Assembly: GCA_934623455.1 (NCBI GenBank)
Contig: CAKTVK010000001.1
Location: forward strand, 1-57,660
DNA: 57,660 nt
Reading direction: 5' to 3'
From: an uncultured Eggerthellaceae bacterium
GTDB lineage: Bacteria; Actinomycetota; Coriobacteriia; Coriobacteriales; Eggerthellaceae
Shown: positions 37,526-45,405 of the stretch, piece after piece
How positions within the stretch are numbered: the stretch's first letter is position 1
Layout of the letters: the number at the start of each line of letters is the position of its first letter
Made by a program: the position numbers and the translations under genes
Notes under the pieces: model-generated
What the model saw: only the letters and a program-made list of their open reading frames with translations
What the model was told of the DNA's origin: nothing
The model's database searches: none

Positions 37526-37549
37526 ATTTCGGTTATAACCGAAATTATA
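37526..37549 (-). promoter_or_regulatory. 20-bp perfect palindrome overlapping a TATAAT; putative autoregulated promoter/operator of the TA-like cassette
   Basis: ATTTCGGTTATAACCGAAAT (37526-37545), with a minus-strand TATAAT at 37544-37549, just upstream of the toxin-like ORF. Confidence 0.5.
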
Positions 37550-37615
37550 TAAAGAGAAATGCGAATAATCAAGTGGTAGTACTGACCGAATGACTATTTT
37601 CAAGTGCATTTACTA

Positions 37616-37652
37616 AATGATAGAAAAACTACCGTTTGTTGATGAATCGTAA
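37616..37652. repeat. right copy of the 37-bp direct repeat
   Basis: AATGATAGAAAAACTACCGTTTGTTGATGAATCGTAA. A third partial copy, ATGATAGAAAAACT, lies at 37716-37729. Confidence 0.8.
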
Positions 37653-37680
37653 CTATCTCTTTAATAAAGCTTGTCAAGGG

Positions 37681-37709
37681 TTGCGCGGAGTAGGTCAAGA
37701 AGCGATAAT
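37681..37709 (+). promoter_or_regulatory. candidate sigma-70-type promoter of the polysaccharide locus
   Basis: TTGCGC-N17-GATAAT, about 105 nt upstream of the first gene. Confidence 0.3.
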
Positions 37710-37815
37710 AGCTCGATGATAGAAAAACTCTTATTACGATAGTCGATTTTAAGAGCATGTGAATGAACGTACTGGCACATTAAGGATTTCCCCGTGTTGA
37801 ACTCAAATGTAGGTT

Positions 37816-40332
37816 GTGGCGCAGCAGCGCCCTTTAGCATCCATGCCGCAAGTTTCCAGGTGGCTGGCAATGCTGCTGGCTTTTGGCTTGAATAGGGGCG
37901 GATTCGTGCTTTCTGTACCTGTGACCTGCATTGCTGCAGCTGCAATTGCATTTCTGATAACGTATCTTATGGTCCCTGTTTCGATGAAAATCGCTACGAA
38001 GGTGGGCGCCATCGATATGCCCTCTGAGCGACGTGTTCATACCAGCCCTACAACGCGCATGGGCGGTATTGCGCTATTCTCAGGCATTGTATTGACCAGC
38101 GCATTGCTGTTGTCGGTGGGTGTTCAGGCAGGCATTGTTCCTGCTGAGTTCGCTCTTGGAAAAACAACGTCGGCAAATGTATGGCTTTTGCTGCTGGGTT
38201 TCTGCTTTATGTTTGCAATGGGCGCTGCCGATGACATTCTGCAATTACGTGCCCGTACTAAATTTGCAGGTCAAATTGTAGCGGCATCAATCGTAGTTGC
38301 CTCGGGGATTGTTATCCACGGCATTCATATCACTGGCTTGCAGACGTATATCGATTTTGACTTCATGGCATATCCCATTACGGTAATTTACCTGGTGTCG
38401 TTTGCGAACGTGATTAATCTTATCGACGGCCTTGACGGTTTGGCGGCGGGTGTCACGTGCATTGCTGCCACTGCGTTTGCTATACTGGCGGCTGCAGGCG
38501 GCGTCTATTCGGTTCTGATTATGGCAATTGCCGTTGCGGCATCGTGCCTTGCGTTTTTGCGCTTCAACTTTCATCCCGCAAAGCTGTTCATGGGAGATTG
38601 CGGATCGCTGTCTCTTGGCTTTGCGCTGGGCATTGTGTCCCTTTCGGGTGCAATGCGCTATGCAGGATTGGCATCGATCGTGGTGCCGGTGGTTATTGCC
38701 GCAGTGCCGGTTATCGACACGTTTGCCGCTATTGTACGGCGTAAAATCAAGGGTGTACCTATTAGCTTGCCCGATAAGAACCATATTCACCATGTGCTAC
38801 TTCAGAAGGGATTCAGCCAGCGTCATGTGGTGTTCGATATTTACCTTATGTGCGCTGTTTTCGCAGGTACTGGCATTGCGATTTATCGTGCGCCTACAAG
38901 TGTGTCCGTTGTTGTGCTGATTGCCGATATTCTGTTTGCGGCGTTTTTAATTTGGAAGCTGGGCCTTTTCGGCAAGATCATGGGTCGTTATTATCCCGAA
39001 GGCCGCTTGAGTCTACGCAAGAAGAAGCGCGAAAAGCAAGAGGCGGCGCTTGATGCCATTCGCGAAGAGCGCGGCTTGATTGAGAAAATCGACCCCAACG
39101 TAACACGTGTCCTTTTCGTGTCGCAGCATTATTGGCCCGAGCCGTTCGCGACAACCGATATCTGCGAAGAGCTGGTACGGCGCGGTTGCGACGTGACGGT
39201 GCTTACGGGCCAGCCGAATTATCCCGAAGGAAAGCTTTACCCCGGCTACGAAAACGCACACGTGACCGAAGAGGTGCATAACGGGGTGCGCATCATGCGC
39301 TGCAAGCTGCGACCTCGAAAAACAGGTGCTATCAATCGCGCACTGAACTATTACAGCTTCAAGCGAAGAGGCAATGCGCTCGCTCGTCTTTCAGGAGAAG
39401 GCTTTGACGTGGTGTATTCCTATCAGACGTCGCCTGTTATGATGGCGTGCCCGGCGCTGGAGGTCGCGAAGAAATACAAAACCCCTGTTCTGTTGCACGT
39501 TGTTGATATTTGGCCCGAATGCCTTACGGCGGGTGGAATTACGGCGGGTCGCGCTATTTACAACCACTACTTGCAGGTTTCGCGCAACATTTATTCCGCT
39601 GCCGACAAGCTGGCGGTAACATCAAAGCGCTTCACCGAGTATCTTTGCAACACGGTTGGAGTCAACGCGGAAGACGCTCTTTATCTGCCCCAGTATGCGG
39701 AAGATATTTTCAACGAGGCCGTGCCAAGCGCATGTAACATTACCCTCAGCGATTTTCTCGACAGTGCAATTAATGTTATGTTTGCGGGAAATGTTGGCGC
39801 GGCGCAATCGGTGCAGACAGCAATTCGCGCGGCTGCGCAGCTTAAAGACGAAGGATTCGTGTTCCATATTGTCGGTTCGGGCTCCGAGTTGGATAATTGC
39901 AAAAAGCTAGCTCAGGAGTTGCAGGCCAATAACGTGGTGTTCCACGGGCGGCATCCTCTTGAGGAAATGCCGGCCTACTACGCAAAGGCCGATGCGATGT
40001 TGGCAACTTTTGCAGACAGTCCCATTTTGGGATATACGCTTCCGCGAAAGATTCAATCTTATATGGCGGCAGGAAAGCCTGTTCTTGGTACAATTTTGGG
40101 CGCTGCAAAAGAAGTTGTCGAAGAAGCCCAGTGCGGTTTGTGCTGCAATGCGGAAGACGCGCAGGGTTTGGCGGATGTCTGCCGTGTATTTGCTGCGCTT
40201 TCTGCTGATGAACGCCGCAAAATGGGAGAGAATGGCAAGAATTATTGCCGTGAGCATTTTTCAAAAGATGCCTATTTCGATAAATTATGCGCCGAACTTG
40301 ACGCGCTGAAAGGAACGAAGCATGGCTGCTAA
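37816..40332 (+). CDS. fusion of a WecA/MraY-family polyprenyl-phosphate HexNAc-1-P transferase (N-terminal) with a WbuB/WcaI-like GT4 glycosyltransferase (C-terminal)
   Basis: N-terminal half: ..DMPSERRVH..MGG.., DDILQLRARTKF, NVINLIDGLDGLAAG and LFMGDCGSLSLGFALG. C-terminal half: VLFVSQHYWPEPFATTDICEELVRRGCDVTVLTGQPNYPEG.. plus a GT1 C-terminal domain. It is a single 838-aa ORF; the exact start is uncertain. Confidence 0.8.
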   Translation: MAQQRPLASMPQVSRWLAMLLAFGLNRGGFVLSVPVTCIAAAAIAFLITYLMVPVSMKIATKVGAIDMPSERRVHTSPTTRMGGIALFSGIVLTSALLLSVGVQAGIVPAEFALGKTTSANVWLLLLGFCFMFAMGAADDILQLRARTKFAGQIVAASIVVASGIVIHGIHITGLQTYIDFDFMAYPITVIYLVSFANVINLIDGLDGLAAGVTCIAATAFAILAAAGGVYSVLIMAIAVAASCLAFLRFNFHPAKLFMGDCGSLSLGFALGIVSLSGAMRYAGLASIVVPVVIAAVPVIDTFAAIVRRKIKGVPISLPDKNHIHHVLLQKGFSQRHVVFDIYLMCAVFAGTGIAIYRAPTSVSVVVLIADILFAAFLIWKLGLFGKIMGRYYPEGRLSLRKKKREKQEAALDAIREERGLIEKIDPNVTRVLFVSQHYWPEPFATTDICEELVRRGCDVTVLTGQPNYPEGKLYPGYENAHVTEEVHNGVRIMRCKLRPRKTGAINRALNYYSFKRRGNALARLSGEGFDVVYSYQTSPVMMACPALEVAKKYKTPVLLHVVDIWPECLTAGGITAGRAIYNHYLQVSRNIYSAADKLAVTSKRFTEYLCNTVGVNAEDALYLPQYAEDIFNEAVPSACNITLSDFLDSAINVMFAGNVGAAQSVQTAIRAAAQLKDEGFVFHIVGSGSELDNCKKLAQELQANNVVFHGRHPLEEMPAYYAKADAMLATFADSPILGYTLPRKIQSYMAAGKPVLGTILGAAKEVVEEAQCGLCCNAEDAQGLADVCRVFAALSADERRKMGENGKNYCREHFSKDAYFDKLCAELDALKGTKHGC

Positions 40333-41368
40333 TATGAGCGCCTTCAAAGATAAAACCCTGATGATCACGGGCGGTACGGGCTCTTTTGGCTCGACCGTTC
40401 TCAAGCACTTTTTGGGTTCGGAAATTGGTGAGATTCGCATTTTCAGTCGCGATGAAAAGAAGCAAGACGATATGCGCCACGACCTGCAGGCTCATGCTTC
40501 CGAACTGGCAAGTAAGGTTCGCTTCTATATTGGCGATGTGCGCGATGCCCAAAGCGTGCATGATGCCATGTACGGCGTTGATTACATCTTCCACGCGGCG
40601 GCGCTCAAGCAAGTACCCAGCTGCGAATTTTTCCCCATGGAAGCGGTGCGCACGAACGTTATTGGCACCGACAACGTGCTGCATGCTGCCATTTCTCAGG
40701 GCGTAGAAAAGGTTGTATGCCTTTCTACCGATAAAGCGGCGTACCCTATTAATGCTATGGGCAAGAGCAAGGCTATGATGGAGTCCATCATCTACGCCAA
40801 CGCACGCAACGGCGCTGGTCGTACAACAATTTGTTGCACGCGCTATGGCAACGTTATGTGCAGCCGTGGCAGCGTTATTCCTTTGTTCATCGATCAGATT
40901 CGCGAAGGTAAACCTGTTACGGTGACTGATCCGCATATGACGCGTTTCCTTATGAACTTAGATGAAGCGGTTGATTTGGTTTGCTTTGCGTTCGAGAATG
41001 CGCATCCAGGCGATTTGTTCATCCAAAAGGCCGATGCTTCCACCATTGGCGACTTGGCGGAAGCGGTTCAAGAGCTTTTCGGGAAAACAGGTGTGCAGGT
41101 TATTGGCACGCGTCACGGCGAGAAACTGTACGAGACACTTATGACGCGCGAAGAACGTTTGCGCGCGCACGATATGGGTAATTACTATCGTGTTTGCGCC
41201 GATACACGCGATTTGAATTACGATCAGTTTGTGGTGCAAGGCGAAGTCAACACGCAGGCTGATGAAGCTTACACCAGCCACAACACGAATCGGCTGGACG
41301 TTGCGGGCACCATTGAGAAAATCAAAACTGCCGATTACGTGCAGAAATGCCTGGCGGGAGAGTTGTAA
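40322..41368 (+). CDS. fnlA: UDP-GlcNAc 4,6-dehydratase/5-epimerase (FnlA/CapE/WbjB-type)
   Basis: FKDKTLMITGGTGSFGSTVLKHFL.. and an SDR extended-family body. AAAGGAA RBS. Confidence 0.85.
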   Translation: MAANMSAFKDKTLMITGGTGSFGSTVLKHFLGSEIGEIRIFSRDEKKQDDMRHDLQAHASELASKVRFYIGDVRDAQSVHDAMYGVDYIFHAAALKQVPSCEFFPMEAVRTNVIGTDNVLHAAISQGVEKVVCLSTDKAAYPINAMGKSKAMMESIIYANARNGAGRTTICCTRYGNVMCSRGSVIPLFIDQIREGKPVTVTDPHMTRFLMNLDEAVDLVCFAFENAHPGDLFIQKADASTIGDLAEAVQELFGKTGVQVIGTRHGEKLYETLMTREERLRAHDMGNYYRVCADTRDLNYDQFVVQGEVNTQADEAYTSHNTNRLDVAGTIEKIKTADYVQKCLAGEL

Positions 41369-41370
41369 GC

Positions 41371-42567
41371 ATGAATATTTTAGTTACAGGTGCCAAGGGC
41401 ATGGTGGGATGCGCCCTGGTGAACAACTTGAGAAACTTGCGTGATGGCAAAGATCGCACGCGCCCCGATCTGCATATCGAAGAGATTTATGAATATGATT
41501 TAGACTCCACTCTGGAGCAACTGCGTGAATGGTGTGCTCAGACGGATTTCGTGTTCAACTTAGCGGGCGTGAATCGTCCTCAAAATGCCAATGAATTCAT
41601 GGAGGGCAATTTCGGTTTTGCCTCTCAGCTGCTTGATGAGCTTAAAGCCGCCGAGAACACATGTCCCGTTATGCTGGCGTCTTCGATTCAGGCTACTCTT
41701 GCCGGTCGTTTCGGCAACAGCGAATACGGTCGCAGTAAGAAAGCGGGTGAGGACCTGTTTTTCGCCTACGCGCAGGAAACGGGTGCGAAAGTTGCCGTCT
41801 ATCGCTTTCCCAATTTGATGGGCCATTCAAAGCCCAACTATAACAGCGCGGTGAGCACGTTTTGCTGGGCTATCGCAAATGACCAGCCGTATACGGTGAA
41901 TAATCCGTCCGTTGAGCTGGAGCTGCTCTATATTGATGATTTGGTGCAGGGCATGTTTGACTTGCTTGAGGGAAAGGAAGCGCGCTGCGAGTTCGATGGC
42001 GTGAATGCTGTTCCCGCAGATTTCGGTCGTTTTTGCTACGTGCCTGTTACGCACAAGGTAACGTTGGGGCAAATCATCGAGCTGCTTTTGCAGTTCAGGG
42101 AGCAGCCGCAAACGCTCATGATGCCCAAGATGCCCGAAGGCTCTTTTGCGAAAAAACTGTATTCACTTTATTTGACGTACCTGCCAACTGACGCCTTTAA
42201 ATACGCGCTCAAAATGAACGTTGACGCGCGCGGTAGCTTTACGGAGCTTGTCCATACGGAAGATTGCGGACAAGTGTCAATCAACATCTCTAAACCGGGA
42301 ATAACCAAAGGCCAGCATTGGCATAACTCTAAATGGGAGTTGTTCATTGTAGTCAAAGGTCATGGTCTTATTCAGGAGCGCAACATCAATACGGACGAGA
42401 TGGTGGAGTTCGAAGTATCCGGTGATAAGATTGAAGCCGTGCACATGATTCCTGGTTGGACGCACAACATTATCAACCTGAGCGGCACCGAGGATCTTGT
42501 TACCGTCATGACTTGCAACGAGGTTTTTGACCCGGCGCATCCCGATACGTATTATGAGGAGGTATAG
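41371..42567 (+). CDS. fnlB: FnlB/CapF/WbjC-type reductase (SDR N-domain plus cupin C-domain) of the UDP-L-FucNAc pathway
   Basis: MNILVTGAKGMVGCAL.. The C-terminal cupin region reads ..GITKGQHWHNSKWELFIVVKG..IPGWTHNIINLS.. GGGAGAG RBS. Confidence 0.8.
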   Translation: MNILVTGAKGMVGCALVNNLRNLRDGKDRTRPDLHIEEIYEYDLDSTLEQLREWCAQTDFVFNLAGVNRPQNANEFMEGNFGFASQLLDELKAAENTCPVMLASSIQATLAGRFGNSEYGRSKKAGEDLFFAYAQETGAKVAVYRFPNLMGHSKPNYNSAVSTFCWAIANDQPYTVNNPSVELELLYIDDLVQGMFDLLEGKEARCEFDGVNAVPADFGRFCYVPVTHKVTLGQIIELLLQFREQPQTLMMPKMPEGSFAKKLYSLYLTYLPTDAFKYALKMNVDARGSFTELVHTEDCGQVSINISKPGITKGQHWHNSKWELFIVVKGHGLIQERNINTDEMVEFEVSGDKIEAVHMIPGWTHNIINLSGTEDLVTVMTCNEVFDPAHPDTYYEEV

Positions 42568-42569
42568 AC

Positions 42570-43745
42570 GTGGCTTTTGACGTTTCTTTCAAAAACGACG
42601 GCCGCCTAAAGCTTTTGATTATTGTGGGCACGCGTCCCGAAATCATTCGCTTGAGCGAGGTCATTAAGAAGTGTCGCAAATACTTCGATACGATTCTTGC
42701 GCATACCGGACAAAACTACGATTACAACTTGAATGGCGTGTTCTTCAAGGATTTGAAGTTGGATGATCCTGAGGTGTATCTGAACTGTGTAGGCGAAGGC
42801 TTGGGCCAGACCATGGGCAACATCATTGCTTCGAGCTATGATTTGATGGTCGAAATCAAACCCGATGCTGTTCTGGTTTTGGGCGATACGAACAGTTGCT
42901 TATCGGTTATTGGTGCAAAACGCCTGCATATTCCCATTTTCCATATGGAGGCGGGAAATCGCTGCAAAGACGAATGCTTGCCCGAGGAGACCAACCGCCG
43001 CATCGTCGACGTGATTAGTGATGTCAACCTAGCCTACTCCGAGCATGCCCGCCGCTATCTGAAGGACACGGGGTGCGCCCCGGAGCGCACCTACGTGACG
43101 GGAAGCCCGATGGCCGAGGTGCTGCGCGCGAACCTCGGGAAGATCGAGGCTTCTAGCGTCCTCGGCGAGCTGGGGCTGGAGCCCAAGCGCTACATGCTGC
43201 TTTCTGCCCACCGCGAGGAGAACATCGACACAGAGGCGAACTTCACGAGCCTGTTCACGGCGATCAACGCTCTGGCCGAGAAGTACGACATGCCGATCCT
43301 GTATAGCTGCCACCCGCGTAGCCGCAAGCGCCTGGAGGCGGCCGGCTTCCAACTGGATCCGCGAGTGCGCATGCACGAGCCCATGGGCTTCCACGACTAT
43401 AACTGCCTGCAGATGAACGCCTTCGCGGTGGTCAGCGATTCCGGCACCCTGCCCGAGGAGTCGAGCTTCTTCGCGAGCATTGGCAAGCCTTTCCCGGCGG
43501 TGTGCATCCGTACCTCGACCGAGCGCCCCGAGGCGCTCGACAAGGCGTGCTTCACTCTGGCCGGTATCTCCGAGCGAGGATTGTTGCAGGCGGTTCATAC
43601 CGCCGTAGCCCTGGACGCCGAGGGCAGCTATCCCGAGGCGCCCGTGCCCGACTACGCCGACGAGACCGTGTCAACCAAGGTGGTCAAGATCGTCCAGAGC
43701 TACACCGGCGTAGTGGACAAGATGGTATGGAGGAAGAGTCTCTAG
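42570..43745 (+). CDS. fnlC: non-hydrolysing UDP-HexNAc 2-epimerase (FnlC/CapG/WbjD-type)
   Basis: KLLIIVGTRPEIIRLSEVI.., ..LGDTNS.., ..HMEAGNRC... GTG start follows GAGGAGG. Confidence 0.85.
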   Translation: MAFDVSFKNDGRLKLLIIVGTRPEIIRLSEVIKKCRKYFDTILAHTGQNYDYNLNGVFFKDLKLDDPEVYLNCVGEGLGQTMGNIIASSYDLMVEIKPDAVLVLGDTNSCLSVIGAKRLHIPIFHMEAGNRCKDECLPEETNRRIVDVISDVNLAYSEHARRYLKDTGCAPERTYVTGSPMAEVLRANLGKIEASSVLGELGLEPKRYMLLSAHREENIDTEANFTSLFTAINALAEKYDMPILYSCHPRSRKRLEAAGFQLDPRVRMHEPMGFHDYNCLQMNAFAVVSDSGTLPEESSFFASIGKPFPAVCIRTSTERPEALDKACFTLAGISERGLLQAVHTAVALDAEGSYPEAPVPDYADETVSTKVVKIVQSYTGVVDKMVWRKSL

Positions 43746-44857
43746 TGACGGTATACGCCCACATAAACACCGTGCCCAGCGGCTCGACCGGCGGCATCGT
43801 GATGAAGGAGCACAAGGAGCTTCTGGCCGCGGGCGAGGATTCTTATGCTTTCTGGGGTCGCGGCCGCGACGCCGAGAATGTCAACGAGATGCGCTTCGCC
43901 TCCGACCTGGAGGTGAAGCTCGACGTGCTTCAGACGCGCCTTGACGGCAAGGCGGGGTTCCACTCGAAGGCGGCCACGAAGCGGTTGCTCGTCAGGCTGG
44001 ACGAGATTGCTCCCGATGTGGTGCACCTGCACAATCTGCACGGGTACTACGTGAACATAGAGATGTTGTTCGGGTGGCTTGCGAACCATGATTGCAGGGT
44101 GGAGTGGACTCTACACGACTGCTGGGCCTTCACGGGCCACTGCGCGTACTTCACATATGTGAAGTGTGCGCAGTGGAAGGACCGCTGCGCGTACTCGAGC
44201 CCGTGCTCGCAACTCGATACCTATCCCAAGACATACTCCAAAGCCTCCTGCAGGTGGAACTTCGAGCAGAAGAAACGCCTGTTCAACCTAGTGCCCGCCG
44301 AGCGCATGAAGCTCATTACTCCCTCGCAGTGGCTCGCCGATCTTGTGGGGGAGAGCTTTCTCTCGAAGTACCTCGTTGAGGTGCGCCACAACACCATCGA
44401 CACGAGCGTTTTCAAGCCCACCCCGAGCGACTTTCGTGAGCGCTACCGCATTGGCGACAGGTTCATGATTCTGGGCGTCGCGAGCCCGTGGACCGAGCGT
44501 AAGGGTCTCGCTGACTTCGTGCGGCTGGCGGGAGAGTTGGATTCCGACAGATATGCCATCGTTCTTGTGGGGCTCTCTGAGAAGCAGGTCAAGGAGCTTC
44601 CTGCTGGCATAACCGGGCTTCAGCGCACCGACTCGGCGCAGGAGCTCGCCGCCATCTACTCGACCGCCGATGTCTTCTTCAACCCCACTGTCGAGGACAA
44701 CTTCCCCACGGTGAATCTGGAGGCCGAGGCCTGCGCCACGCCCGTGGTGACCTACGACACGGGCGGGTGCGCAGAGACCGTGCGGCGGGGAGACTCCCGT
44801 GTCGTGGAGGGATACGAGGGCATCGTCCAAGAACTGAGAGAAAGGCTGCCGCTATGA
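43745..44857 (+). CDS. GT4-family glycosyltransferase
   Basis: ..VVHLHNLHGYYVN.. N-domain and a C-terminal ..FNPTVEDNFPTVNLEAEACATPVV.. (EX7E-like) motif. GTG 43745 follows GGAGGAAG; ATG 43727 is the alternative start. Confidence 0.75.
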   Translation: MTVYAHINTVPSGSTGGIVMKEHKELLAAGEDSYAFWGRGRDAENVNEMRFASDLEVKLDVLQTRLDGKAGFHSKAATKRLLVRLDEIAPDVVHLHNLHGYYVNIEMLFGWLANHDCRVEWTLHDCWAFTGHCAYFTYVKCAQWKDRCAYSSPCSQLDTYPKTYSKASCRWNFEQKKRLFNLVPAERMKLITPSQWLADLVGESFLSKYLVEVRHNTIDTSVFKPTPSDFRERYRIGDRFMILGVASPWTERKGLADFVRLAGELDSDRYAIVLVGLSEKQVKELPAGITGLQRTDSAQELAAIYSTADVFFNPTVEDNFPTVNLEAEACATPVVTYDTGGCAETVRRGDSRVVEGYEGIVQELRERLPL

Positions 44858-45396
44858 TGCAGAACCCCCTTTGGTCGATTGCTCGCGTGGTCAAGAGGAA
44901 CGTCCTGTTCCTCGAGGCCCCGTTCTTCACCGATCGGTACATGCGCAAATACACCAAGTACCTCCAGAAGTGCGGCATGGACATCGCCGACTACGACGAG
45001 CACGGCTTCATCCACCAGTCGGTGTGGTTCGACAGCAGCGAGCGCTATTCGCTCATCAAAATCGGCCGCGCCGTCACGCTCTCGCGCGACGTCATTCTGC
45101 TCACACACGACTACTCCATCCGCAACGCGATCAACGCGTTCGAGGAGAACCCTGAGAACGTGAAGTACAAGTTCCTTAAGCCCATCGCCATCGGTGACAA
45201 CGTGTTCGTCGGGGCCCGCGCCGTCATTCTGCCCGGGACCGAGATCGGCGACGATGTAATCATCGGCGCCGGCGCAGTGGTGAAGGGCAAGGTTCCCCCG
45301 AAAACCGTCTGGGGGGGGGCGCCTGCTCGCCAGCTCTGCACGCTGGAGGAGTACTACGGGCGGCATAAGGACAAGCATGACTACACAATTGAGTAA
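44854..45396 (+). CDS. hexapeptide-repeat (LbH) O-acetyltransferase
   Basis: IGDNVFVGARAVILPGTEIGDDVIIGAGAVVKGKVPPKTVWGGAPAR. ATGATG overlaps the upstream stop. Confidence 0.8.
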   Translation: MMQNPLWSIARVVKRNVLFLEAPFFTDRYMRKYTKYLQKCGMDIADYDEHGFIHQSVWFDSSERYSLIKIGRAVTLSRDVILLTHDYSIRNAINAFEENPENVKYKFLKPIAIGDNVFVGARAVILPGTEIGDDVIIGAGAVVKGKVPPKTVWGGAPARQLCTLEEYYGRHKDKHDYTIE

Positions 45397-45405
45397 GGGG
45401 GCTTG

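Noticed and set aside
16288-37545. A shared TTATA(A)CCGAAAT string between the ATPase-promoter repeats and the TA-cassette palindrome, hinting at a common regulator.
   Set aside because: The exact shared core is only the 7-mer CCGAAAT. Several chance occurrences are expected in 2 x 57 kb, and the flanks differ by indels.
37661-37951. 96-aa minus-strand ORF upstream of, and overlapping, the start of the fused transferase gene.
   Set aside because: It has no RBS or motif, it overlaps the promoter, leader and 5' end of a well-supported gene, and its composition is atypical.
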